A DNA stretch of 64,000 nt from Candidatus Eiseniibacteriota bacterium (GTDB lineage: Bacteria; Eisenbacteria; RBG-16-71-46). The notes under the pieces were generated by a model, which was not told where the DNA came from, made no database searches, and worked only from the letters and a program-made list of their open reading frames with translations. The DNA is taken from contig JAWOLC010000016.1 in assembly GCA_033853925.1 (NCBI GenBank), positions 16,670 to 80,669 of the forward strand, in the 5' to 3' direction. This document shows, piece by piece, positions 10,094 through 18,957 of this stretch (positions within the stretch are counted from its first letter, which is position 1; each line of letters opens with the position of its first letter). The position numbers and the translations under genes are program-made.

Positions 10094-11920
10094 ATGCGCG
10101 CGCGCCGCCTCCGCATCGGGCTGCTGCTAGCGGCTGTCGTCCTCCTGGCCTTCTTCGCCGGCCGGCTGCTCGCGCCGGCCGCGGTCTCCTCGCGGCTGCA
10201 TCACGCGGCGCAGTCTCGGGGCCTCGAGGCGCAGTGGCAGCGCCTCAGCCTCCGCCTTCCCGCGGTGGCCGAGCTGCGGGGTCTCGTCGTCGTGGACCGA
10301 GCGCGCGGCGTGACCCTGGCCGCGGCGGACTCGGTCTCGGTCACGCTCGACCCCGGATCGCTGCTCCTCCTGCGGCCGCGGATCGCGGCGGCCGCGATCG
10401 CTCACGCGTACCTGCGCCTGGCGCCGCGCCGGGTGAGCCTGCCGGACACGCTGGCCCCGGAGGAGGAGCCCGAGGACCGCGTTTCCCCGCGGGCCGAGCG
10501 CATCCGGCGCGAGGCCGAGTCCCTCGCGGGCCTGCTGCTCGCCCCCGCGCGGCGCCTGCCCCGGCTCGAGCTGCGCGACGTGGAGCTGGCCGTGCCCGCC
10601 CCCGAGGAGGCGGTCGTGCAAGGCGGACGGCTCGCCTGGCTCTCGCTCCAGCACGTCCCCGGCGGCGTGCGCCTCGAGGCGTCCGGAGCCCTGTTCCTGG
10701 AGCACGAGGTCCCCTTCCGGGTGGCCCTGGCGTGGGGACGGGACGACCGGCTGCGGGGCGGGGCCGCCCTGGGCATCCCCGATTCCTCGGGCGCGGTGAG
10801 CGAGAGCCTGCGCGTCTCGGTGGACGGCGCCCTCACCCAGGACCGCCGCGCGGGCGCGCTGCGCCTCGCCGATTCCACCCACGTCGTGCTGGGACGCATG
10901 CCCCTCGAGCTGGGCGGCGTGCTCGAGCGGCACGGGCCGCACCTCTCCTTCCGCCTGGCCGCCGACGGCATCGACGAGAGCGAGATCCAGGCCAGCGTGC
11001 CGCGCGCCGCTCTCGGTCCGCTCCTGGGGCTCGCGGTGCGCGGCTCCTTCGACTACCGGCTGGCGCTCGACCTGGATCTCGCCCGCCCCGACAGCGCCCG
11101 CTTCGAAGCCGACGTGATCCCGCACGGTCTCGCGCTGGATCCGGCGCGCAGCCGCCTGGATCTCTTCCGCCTCGACCAGCCGTTCCTGGCCGCCATCCAC
11201 CTGCCGCGGGGGCGCATCGTCTACCGGGAGATGTCCTCCCTCAATCCCTTCTACCGTCCCCTCGACGGTCTCGACTCGCTCCTCGTCCACGCGGTGCTCA
11301 CGAACGAGGACGGCGGCTTCTTCCGCCATCGCGGCTTCAACACGGAGGCCATCAAGCTGGCCATCGCCGCCAACGTGAGAGCGGGGGCCTGGCGCCGGGG
11401 CGCCGGCACCATCACCATGCAGCTCGCCCGCAATCTCTGGCTGGGCCACGCGCGGACGCTCTCCCGCAAGACGCAGGAGGTCGTGCTGGCCTGGGTGCTG
11501 GAGCACCTCACCGGCCTGCCCAAGCGGCGGATCCTGGAACTGTATCTCAACGTGATCGAATGGGGTCCGGACGTGCAGGGCGCGGCCGAGGCGACGCGCT
11601 ACTACTTCGACGAGGATCCGGCGCGCGTCACCGTGCCGGAGGCCCTGTTCCTCGCCACCGTCCTGCCCGCGCCCACGAAGTGGCGCTATCGCGTCGCTCC
11701 CGACGGCTCCCTGCGCACCTTCGAGCGGGCCCAGATGCACTTCATCGGCCGGGCCATGATCGCCAAGGGCTGGCTCGACCCCGCCATGCTTCCGCCCCGG
11801 GACTCGCTCCGCGTCGAGCTGCGCGGCCCGGCCCGCCAGGTGCTGTTCCCGCCCGACACCACGCGAACGGGCCCGCCGGCGGCGGACAGCAGCGTGGCGG
11901 GTCTCGCGGCCGGACGATGA
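10094..11920 (+). CDS. GT51 peptidoglycan transglycosylase-domain protein without transpeptidase domain
   Basis: GT51 motifs NEDGGFFRHRG, GAGTITMQLARN, RKTQE, ELYLN, EWGP. N-terminal TM and long beta-rich (AsmA-like) region. Confidence 0.88.
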   Translation: MRARRLRIGLLLAAVVLLAFFAGRLLAPAAVSSRLHHAAQSRGLEAQWQRLSLRLPAVAELRGLVVVDRARGVTLAAADSVSVTLDPGSLLLLRPRIAAAAIAHAYLRLAPRRVSLPDTLAPEEEPEDRVSPRAERIRREAESLAGLLLAPARRLPRLELRDVELAVPAPEEAVVQGGRLAWLSLQHVPGGVRLEASGALFLEHEVPFRVALAWGRDDRLRGGAALGIPDSSGAVSESLRVSVDGALTQDRRAGALRLADSTHVVLGRMPLELGGVLERHGPHLSFRLAADGIDESEIQASVPRAALGPLLGLAVRGSFDYRLALDLDLARPDSARFEADVIPHGLALDPARSRLDLFRLDQPFLAAIHLPRGRIVYREMSSLNPFYRPLDGLDSLLVHAVLTNEDGGFFRHRGFNTEAIKLAIAANVRAGAWRRGAGTITMQLARNLWLGHARTLSRKTQEVVLAWVLEHLTGLPKRRILELYLNVIEWGPDVQGAAEATRYYFDEDPARVTVPEALFLATVLPAPTKWRYRVAPDGSLRTFERAQMHFIGRAMIAKGWLDPAMLPPRDSLRVELRGPARQVLFPPDTTRTGPPAADSSVAGLAAGR

Positions 11921-13776
11921 CCGGCCGCGGGGATCGCCGCCGGCGCGGCGCGGCCCGCCGACCGCCCCGGGAGGCCGCCCGCGAGGCCGCTTCGCCCTCC
12001 CCGCCCCCTCGCGCCGGGCGCCTCTGGGCGTTCCTCGGGGCCCTGGCCATCGTGCCGCTCCTCTGGGCGAGCCGCAGTCCGACCCTGGGAGTGCCCGTGG
12101 CGGACGACTACCTCTTCCTCTCGACCCTGGCGCGGGGACGGCCGGACTTCTTCGGCCCCATGGGCGCCGCCTACTACTGGCGGCCGCTGAGCCGCCAGCT
12201 CTACTACCTGCTCGTCGGGCCGTGGCTGATCCGCGCGCCCTGGCTCGGCACCCTGGTGGCCGCGCTGCTCCTCCTCGCGCTCTACCTCGCGCTTTACCGG
12301 ATCGCCCGCCGCGGCCTGAGCCCCCCGCTCGCCGCGGCGGTCGCCGCGTTCCCCCTCCTGAGCGAGCCGGCCCGGGTCTTCCTCGCCTGGCCGAGCGCCG
12401 CGCAGCACCTGCTGGCGGCCGTCTTCGCCGCCTTCGCCGTGGAGCGAGCGCTCGCCGGGAGGATCGTGGCCGCGAGCGCGGCGGCGCTGCTGGCGCTGCT
12501 CAGCAACGAGGCCGCCTTCCTCGTGCTGCCGGCCTTGCCCGCGGCGGCCTGGCTTCGCACCCGCTCCCGAGCGGAGCTGGCGCGCGCGACGGGCGCGGCG
12601 CTGGCGGTGGCCGCGATCTGGGTGGCGGGCTACACCGTGGCCCGCGCGCACGGGGCGGCCCTCCCGAGGGGAGAGGCGGGCTCGCTCTGGCTGCCGTACC
12701 TCGCCGTGCTCGTGCAGGCGACCGTCTCGCAGATGGGGTACGAGGGGCTTGCGGCCGGGGGGGCGAAGGTCCTTCTCGCCGGCGTCGGGCTGCTCCTCGC
12801 CGCCGGCCTCGCGCTCTCCATCCGCCGCGCCTCTCGCCGGCGGATCGCGCGGGCAGCCCCCGCCCTGCTCGGGGGCCTCGCCTGGTTCGTCCTGGGGGTC
12901 GCGCCCCTCGTCTTCGTGCTCCCCGACTGGAACGCCTGGCGCGCGACGGTCGCGGCGCTCGGCCTCGGCCTGGCGCTGACCGGCTGGCTCGGCCTGGCGG
13001 AGCCGGCGCTGGCGGCTCTGCTCGTCGGCGTGCGCCTCGTGACGCTGCTGCTCGGCCACGGCGCTCCGCCGGCCGTGACCGATTCCCTGCCGGGCACCGC
13101 GTCCAGCTTCTCGTTCGCGCGCCTCGTGCGCTTGCAGCGCATCGTGGAGTCCACGCGCCGCACCTTGAACGCGGGGGCGCCTTCGCTGCCGAGCGGCGGG
13201 ATCGTGCGTTACTGGCAGCTCCCGCGGCTGGCCGAGGTGGGCTTCAGCGGCGACAACGCGCTGCGCGTCTGGTACCGCGACACCACGCTCAGCCTGCGCT
13301 TCTTCCGCGAGGCCGCCGGCATCCACGAGCCCCTCGACGCGCTGGTCGAGTTCGAGGCGAATCAGCCCTGGCCGGCGGCGCTCATCCAGCCCCGGGCCCT
13401 GCACGACTTCCAGGCCGCCTTCGCGGCCAGCCAGGAAGGCCGCCTCCGGACCGCGGACTCGCTCATGAGCGAAGCGAGCCGCGCCCAACCGGGCCAGGCG
13501 CGCCGCTTCCTCGGCAACCTGGCGGAGAACCGGGCGAAGCTGGCCTGGCGGCTGGGCGCGTACGAGCGGGCCGACTCCCTGAACCGCGTGAGCTACGAGC
13601 TGCAGGGCGAGACCCCTGCCTTCTGGGCGATGACCGCGCACCAGGCCCTGCGCCGCCAGGACATGGCCGCCGCCCGGAGCGCCGTGCGGCGCTGCCTCGA
13701 GCTGGATCCGAGCGACGAGGACGGGATCGTCCTGGCCCGACTGCTGGATCTGCGCCCCACCACCCCCGGACCGTGA
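11917..13776 (+). CDS. Polytopic membrane protein, possible GT-C-fold glycosyltransferase with C-terminal TPR-like helices
   Basis: VADDYLFL and YYWRPLS in the first loop, multiple TM segments, helical C-terminus. ATGA overlap with upstream gene. Confidence 0.6.
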   Translation: MTGRGDRRRRGAARRPPREAAREAASPSPPPRAGRLWAFLGALAIVPLLWASRSPTLGVPVADDYLFLSTLARGRPDFFGPMGAAYYWRPLSRQLYYLLVGPWLIRAPWLGTLVAALLLLALYLALYRIARRGLSPPLAAAVAAFPLLSEPARVFLAWPSAAQHLLAAVFAAFAVERALAGRIVAASAAALLALLSNEAAFLVLPALPAAAWLRTRSRAELARATGAALAVAAIWVAGYTVARAHGAALPRGEAGSLWLPYLAVLVQATVSQMGYEGLAAGGAKVLLAGVGLLLAAGLALSIRRASRRRIARAAPALLGGLAWFVLGVAPLVFVLPDWNAWRATVAALGLGLALTGWLGLAEPALAALLVGVRLVTLLLGHGAPPAVTDSLPGTASSFSFARLVRLQRIVESTRRTLNAGAPSLPSGGIVRYWQLPRLAEVGFSGDNALRVWYRDTTLSLRFFREAAGIHEPLDALVEFEANQPWPAALIQPRALHDFQAAFAASQEGRLRTADSLMSEASRAQPGQARRFLGNLAENRAKLAWRLGAYERADSLNRVSYELQGETPAFWAMTAHQALRRQDMAAARSAVRRCLELDPSDEDGIVLARLLDLRPTTPGP

Positions 13777-13879
13777 GTCGCAGAGGCGGCCTCGACAGTG
13801 GACGGGCCCCGATCGTCCGACTATCCTCGGCCGACGCTGCGGCCGCCGCTCGCGAATCCGCCTGACCGTGGGAGGAACC

Positions 13880-14404
13880 GTGCTCGCCTACCTGTGGAGA
13901 TTCCTCCACCTCCTGTTCGCCTTCAGCTTCGTGGGCGCCTTGACCATCGCCGAGTGGAACGGCCGCGCCGCGCGGACCGCGAAGGACTGGAACCGGCGGG
14001 CGGCGCTGTGGGGCGTGGTGAGGGTGACCACGCAGGTGCTGGGCATCGGGGCGCTCGTCCTCGTCGGCATCCTCGGCAATCTGCTGGCGGTGGCCCTGGG
14101 GCTGCCCATGGGCGGCCTGTGGATGCGTGTCGTGAACGGGCTCTGGCTGGCCGGCCTTCTGGTCTACCTGTTGGCGGCTCTGCCCACGGCCGGCCGCTTG
14201 GTCGCCTTGTGCGAGACCGCGGCTCGGGAGGAGCGGGCGCCCGCCTCGCCGCCCTCCGGACCCCTTTCCCCCTCCTTCGCGGGCCCCGGAGCGGAGGCCA
14301 CGTACTCGGCGACGCTGGCGCGCTGGCGCCTGGCCAACGTGCTGCTCAGCATCTTCTTCGTGCTCATGCTGACCCTGATGGTCCTCCACCCCCGGCTCCC
14401 CTGA
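13880..14404 (+). CDS. DUF2269-like membrane protein
   Basis: FLHLLFA in TM1, four TM helices, C-terminal LMVLHP. GGAGG before GTG 13880 (13868 also possible). Confidence 0.65.
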   Translation: MLAYLWRFLHLLFAFSFVGALTIAEWNGRAARTAKDWNRRAALWGVVRVTTQVLGIGALVLVGILGNLLAVALGLPMGGLWMRVVNGLWLAGLLVYLLAALPTAGRLVALCETAAREERAPASPPSGPLSPSFAGPGAEATYSATLARWRLANVLLSIFFVLMLTLMVLHPRLP

Positions 14405-14631
14405 CGGCGACCCGGGGCCGCGAGGGCGCGTCCCGCTCGCGGCCGGCGGGTTCGCTCGCCGCGGCGGATGCAGCCCTTCTCGTTGGACTCCCGGCGCCTC
14501 GGATGCGAAACTCTGGCCGTGCCGCGGGAGACTCGCATCCCCGTGGGTCAGTGGTGGGTTCCCGATCTGTCGGGCCCAGGCCGGCTCCCCCGGCCCGGCC
14601 CTCGCCACCCTTCTCGATAGGGACGCGTACC

Positions 14632-17319
14632 ATGCCCAGCCATCGCCCCGCAGTCCTGCATGCGGCGCTCGTCCTCGCCCTGGCGACTTCGAGCGTACCC
14701 TTCGCGCGCGCAATCGGCGCCGCGGCCGCCGCCGCACCCACGCCCGCGACTCCGGCGCGGATCGGCTCGGCCGGAACCGTGCTTTCGCCGTTCGCGGGGG
14801 AGTTCAAGCGGCTGCAACGTCAGGCTCTCCTCGAGGGCGCCCAGCGCCGCATCGCGCGGGCTCGCGTCTTCGCCCAGCTCAGGCGCAACCATCCCGAGCT
14901 GGCGAAGGTCAGGCTCCGGGCCCGGCTCCCCAAGGACTGGAGCGAAGCCGGCGGGCCGCAGGGCGTCGGCGCGAATCGGAGCCCGATCCTGCGCGCCCCG
15001 GCTTCCACCCGCGCCAAGGCCGCCCTGGGACCCAACGTGATCGTGAACGACCGAAGCGAGGACGGCGGCCGCACGAACGTGGGGCAGGCGGAGCAGATGG
15101 TCGGGGTCTACGGCCCCAACGTGCTCATCGCCTTCAACGACGGGCTGGGCTTCGAGCTGGGCAGCGGCGTCTCGAGCACCCAGGGATACAGCTACTCCAC
15201 CGACGGAGGCCAGACCTACACGGACGGCGGGGTTCCTCCTCTGCTGTCCGGATGGGAGTGGACCAGCGACCCGGTCGTGACGGTGGACCCGAAGACCGGC
15301 GAATTCTGGTACTGCGCCCTGGTGGACATCCCCAACAACAACCAGAACGGGGTCGGCGTCGTGAAGGCCACCTTCGGCGGCACTCCGACGACCATCCAGT
15401 GGGGCACGCCCACGCTGGCCTGGGTCTTCCCCAACTCCTCGATCGCCGACAAGCCCTGGATGGTCGTGGACTCGCTGAGCGGTCGGCTCTACCTCAGCTA
15501 CACGGTCTTCAGCGGCTCGGGCTCCAGCGCGACCGACAACATCTACTTCCAGCGCTCCGCGCCCGGAGGCACGAGCTGGGAGGCGCCACAGACCATCTCC
15601 CAGGCCAGCGAGGCCGGCGCCGTGCAGGGCTCGCGCCCGGCGGTGGGGCCGGCGGGTGAGGTCTACGTGGTCTGGAACTCCATCGGCACGTCCGACGTGG
15701 ACTTCATGCGGATCACCCGCTCCCCGGCGGGCAGCCAGGGCCAGGCCGGCAGCTTCAGCACGCCCGTGAACGTGGCCGCGGAGGTCTCCAACTTCGGCAA
15801 CGGCGCGCCGGGCTTCAATCGCGGGATGGGCATCACCTTCCCCGGCATCGCCGTGGACCGCTCGAGCGGCTCGCATCGCGGCCGGGTCTACGTCTCGTGG
15901 AACGAATGCGTCGACTTCTTCACCGACAGCCTGGGCACCCTGGACACCCTCACCGAGGCCGAGCCCAACAACAACTTCGCCAGCGCCAACAGCATGACGA
16001 TCGGGCAGACGGTCCAGGGAGCCATCTCGGTCTCGAACGACATCGACCTGTACAAGTTCACCGGCACGGCGGGCGAGACGGTGATCCTCTACGCCGGATC
16101 GGTGGCCTCGACCTTGGACATGGGCCTGCGCCTGTTCTGCTCCGACACCACGACGCGCCTCGCGTATTCGGCCCTGGGCATGGGCTCGCCGGACATCGTC
16201 GTCTTCACCCTGCCCAGCGACGGCACCTACTACATGCGCTGCGACGGCTTTGCCGGGGGCACCGGGGGCACCACCGGGAGCTACACGGTCTTCACGGGCT
16301 TCCATCACACGCCGAACCCGGTGGACCGCTCGCGCGACCATCGCGACGCGTTCGTGGCCTGGTCCGACAACCCCACCAGCGCCGCGAGCTGGTCCGTGGC
16401 CCGCTCCAGCGACAGTCCGGCCGGCTTCGACGACTGGCTCCCCGAGGTGGCGGTGGCCGGGGACAACGCCAACCCGCTGGTGGGGAGCGGCAAGCCGTAC
16501 AGCCTCTGGTACGACTGGCGCGACTCGCCGCCCAGCGCCTGCGGCGGCGTCTCGAACGTGTACCTCGCGCGCTCGGACAACGGTGGGGGCAGCTGGACCA
16601 CCGTGGGCACGATCACGAACACGCAGACGTTCTGGAGCAGCGTCGCGAGCGACATCGCGCCCAATCAAGGCGACTACCTGTCCCTCTTCACGGACACGAC
16701 CGACCTCTACGCCTCGTGGGCGGACGGCCGGAACGGCGACCCCGACGTCTTCGCCAGCTACATGACCCTCGAGTCGACGGCGGCGACGCTGGCCCTCTAC
16801 AGCGTGAGCGCCACGGCCACGCAGGTGACCCTGACCTGGTACGCCAGCCCGGATGCCGGGGTGACCACGGCCACCGTCCAGAGGAGCAGCGACGGCGTGC
16901 TCTTCGACAACCTCGCCGACGTCGTCCCCGACGGGAGCGGCTACATCGTCTACATGGACACCACGGTGACGTCGGGCGGGCGCTACTACTACCGGCTCTC
17001 GGCGCTCGGCGGCACCCTGCTCACGCCGCCCGAGCTGGTGATCGTGCCGGAGAAGTCACTGGTCCTGCGCGGCGCGCAGCCCAATCCCGTGGACGAGAAC
17101 CGGCCTTGGTTCGTCTCGTTCGAGCTGCCCAACACCGCGGTGGCCAAGCTGGAGCTCTTCGACGTGGCGGGGCGGCGGGTCGCCGAGAGGGACGTCAGCG
17201 GGGTCGGCCCGCAGTCGGTCCAGCTGTCCGAGGGCGTGAAGCTCAAGCCCGGTCTCTACCTCATCCGTCTCACCCAGAACGGCGTCAGCCTCACCACCCG
17301 CGTGAGCGTGGTGCGGTGA
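14632..17319 (+). CDS. Secreted BNR/sialidase-like beta-propeller with inserted PPC-like domain, Ig/FN3-like domain and FlgD/T9SS-like CTD
   Basis: Signal peptide; Asp-box-like motifs (YSTDGGQTY, ARSDNGGGSW); EAEPNNN + DIDLYKF PPC-like module; CTD QPNP...FELP...LELFDVAGRRV...PGLYLIRL. Confidence 0.75.
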   Translation: MPSHRPAVLHAALVLALATSSVPFARAIGAAAAAAPTPATPARIGSAGTVLSPFAGEFKRLQRQALLEGAQRRIARARVFAQLRRNHPELAKVRLRARLPKDWSEAGGPQGVGANRSPILRAPASTRAKAALGPNVIVNDRSEDGGRTNVGQAEQMVGVYGPNVLIAFNDGLGFELGSGVSSTQGYSYSTDGGQTYTDGGVPPLLSGWEWTSDPVVTVDPKTGEFWYCALVDIPNNNQNGVGVVKATFGGTPTTIQWGTPTLAWVFPNSSIADKPWMVVDSLSGRLYLSYTVFSGSGSSATDNIYFQRSAPGGTSWEAPQTISQASEAGAVQGSRPAVGPAGEVYVVWNSIGTSDVDFMRITRSPAGSQGQAGSFSTPVNVAAEVSNFGNGAPGFNRGMGITFPGIAVDRSSGSHRGRVYVSWNECVDFFTDSLGTLDTLTEAEPNNNFASANSMTIGQTVQGAISVSNDIDLYKFTGTAGETVILYAGSVASTLDMGLRLFCSDTTTRLAYSALGMGSPDIVVFTLPSDGTYYMRCDGFAGGTGGTTGSYTVFTGFHHTPNPVDRSRDHRDAFVAWSDNPTSAASWSVARSSDSPAGFDDWLPEVAVAGDNANPLVGSGKPYSLWYDWRDSPPSACGGVSNVYLARSDNGGGSWTTVGTITNTQTFWSSVASDIAPNQGDYLSLFTDTTDLYASWADGRNGDPDVFASYMTLESTAATLALYSVSATATQVTLTWYASPDAGVTTATVQRSSDGVLFDNLADVVPDGSGYIVYMDTTVTSGGRYYYRLSALGGTLLTPPELVIVPEKSLVLRGAQPNPVDENRPWFVSFELPNTAVAKLELFDVAGRRVAERDVSGVGPQSVQLSEGVKLKPGLYLIRLTQNGVSLTTRVSVVR

Positions 17320-17394
17320 CATGGAGCGACCCCAGGTCGAGGCACTTGTTCTGGCCTTCTCGCGGCCACCCTTCGGGGTGGCCGCGGGACGTTG
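17315..17394 (-). repeat. IS1111-type right-end copy A (80 bp; inverted repeat of 18878-18957)
   Basis: 71 of 80 nt identical to the reverse complement of 18878-18957. Contains IR ATGGAGCGAC (17321-17330) and hairpin GCGGCCACCC-TTCG-GGGTGGCCGC-type stem. Confidence 0.9.
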
Positions 17395-17590
17395 GAGTGG
17401 ACGAGGAGGGCTCGACTCAGAGGGCAGCTTCGTGCTCGACTGTGGGCGTTCCTCCGGGGCTCCTCCCTGACGGACCTGGATTGGCTTCGACACCACCCAA
17501 CCTCCATCAGCAGGGCCCCGGTTGAACAGGCCCCTCAGTGAACAACGTGGTGAGACATCACACGTAGATTGGCGTCGTTCCATACTAGAC
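17315..17590 (-). mobile_element. Possible internally deleted (MITE-like) IS1111 derivative
   Basis: On the minus strand: IR variant ATGGAACGAC (17583-17574), a long stem-loop and GAGGAGCC as in the 24.0-kb left end, then right-end copy A. No ORF. Confidence 0.45.
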
Positions 17591-17602
17591 AGTAGGGAGC
17601 TC

Positions 17603-18652
17603 TTCCCGGGGCAGCCAGATCCGGTGGAGTGGCCGGAGGCCACGACGGTTGAGGCCATCCGGCGTCTGGCCCGCAAGCTCCAACGGGACGCGTCCGGGCC
17701 AGTCCGGTGCTGCTACGAGGCGGGTCCGACCGGCTACACCCTGCAGCGCCAGCTCCGGCTGGCGGGGATCTCCTGCACCGTGATCGCGCCCTCGCTCACG
17801 CCGGTGAAGCCGGGCAGCCGGATCAAGACCGACCGGCGCGATGCCCGCAAGCTGGCGGAGCTGTTTCGCGCCGGCCTGCTGACCGAGGTCCATCCGCCGA
17901 GTGAGCGGGACGAGGCCCTGCGGGACCTGTGTCGTTGCCGCGACGATGTGCGGGTGGACCTGCTGCGGGCGGGGCACCGGCTGAGCAGGTTCCTGCTCCG
18001 GCGTCACTACCTCTACCGGAACACGAAGCACCACTGGGGTACGCGCCGCTGGGCCTGGCTCGAGCAGTTGCGCTTCGACGACGCGCTGAGCCAGGCCACG
18101 TTCGACAGTTACCTGCTCGCGGTGCAGCAGCTTGAGGAACGGCAGCAGCAGCTCGACGCGCAGCTCGCCACCTTCGGCGCCGAGGAGCCGTACCGTGAAC
18201 CGGTCGCGTGGCTGCGCTGCTTCAAAGGCATCGACACCGTGACCGCGGTGTGCCTGGTGGCCGAGCTGCACGACTTCCGGCGCTTCCACTCGGCGCGCCA
18301 GCTGATGGCCTACGTCGGCCTGGTGCCGAGCGAGTGCTCGAGCGGCGAGCGCGAACGGCGGGGCTCGATCACCAAAGCGGGCAATCGACATGTGCGCCGG
18401 CTGCTGGTCGAGGCGGCGTGGCACCACCGCTTCCGCCCCGCGCTGAGCCTGCCGCTGCGGCGTCGGCGTGAAGGCCAGCCGGCGCGGGTACTGGCGATCG
18501 CCGATCGGGCGCAGGAACGGCTGTGCGCGCGCTACCGGCGCATGACCCTGCGCGGCACCAGCACCCCCAAGACCATCGTCGCCATGGCACGCGAGCTGAC
18601 TGGCTACCTCTGGGCGGTGCTGCATCCCGACGCCACCCTCACGCGAGCCTGA
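17603..18652 (+). pseudogene. IS110-family transposase, 5'-truncated
   Basis: CYEAGPTG, KTDRRDA, KGIDTVTA, YVGLVPSECSSG, ITKAGN, IVAMAREL. Lacks the N-terminal GLDxHK motif (first catalytic Asp). Homology to the 23.6-kb copy starts at FPGQ. Confidence 0.9.
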
Positions 18653-18954
18653 GCAGGAGGACCCGACCACTGGGCGAACAGGTGAAGGCCGGCACGATCT
18701 GGAGGACGCGCGACTCCGGTATGCGGTACGGCGGCTTGCCGCCCGAACCCGCGCTCCTAGAGAGCGGACCCTCCCGACGGATCACAGTCATGCGGCTCGG
18801 CCCGGGACGCCGGTGCAACCCGCGAATATCAGCGTGACTCGTCGTCGAAGCGCCCGGCCTTCCCTGTCGCCCTGTCACAACGCCGAGCGGCCACCCCGAA
18901 GGGTGGCCGCCAGGAGGTCAGAACAAGTGCCTTGACCTAGGGTCGCTCCATATC
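18653..18954 (+). ncRNA. Long non-coding IS1111-type right end, predicted bridge/seek RNA region
   Basis: About 300 nt non-coding after the transposase stop, with several stem-loops and the segment CAGTCATGCGG...CAACCCGCGAATATCAG. Ends in IR GTCGCTCCAT (18942-18951) with a TTGACC -35 box at 18932-18937. RNA status is inferred from IS1111 biology. Confidence 0.6.
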
Positions 18955-18957
18955 ACC
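18878..18957 (+). repeat. IS1111-type right-end copy B
   Basis: See copy A. Abuts the TGA of the convergent gene ending at 18953. Confidence 0.9.

Noticed and set aside
14501-14540. Hairpin GGATGCGA...TCGCATCC as a c-di-GMP or other riboswitch
   Set aside because: A single stem with no second GNRA/receptor stem or other consensus I can match.
17317-17394. TGA plus hairpin as a SECIS/readthrough signal extending the CTD proteins
   Set aside because: Differences between the two copies are mostly non-synonymous in the readthrough frame, no Cys-type motif results, and the sequence is an IS end.
17522-17602. TTG 17522 as the true transposase start (376-aa ORF)
   Set aside because: No RBS, the first 27 codons are unrelated to IS110 N-termini, and they run through non-coding IS-end sequence.
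17315-18957. 80-bp repeats as a CRISPR array or integron attC sites
   Set aside because: Only two copies, inverted, with no spacers. They lack the RYYYAAC start of attC and there is no integrase. They are better explained as IS1111-type ends because the same IR lies at the transposase left end.
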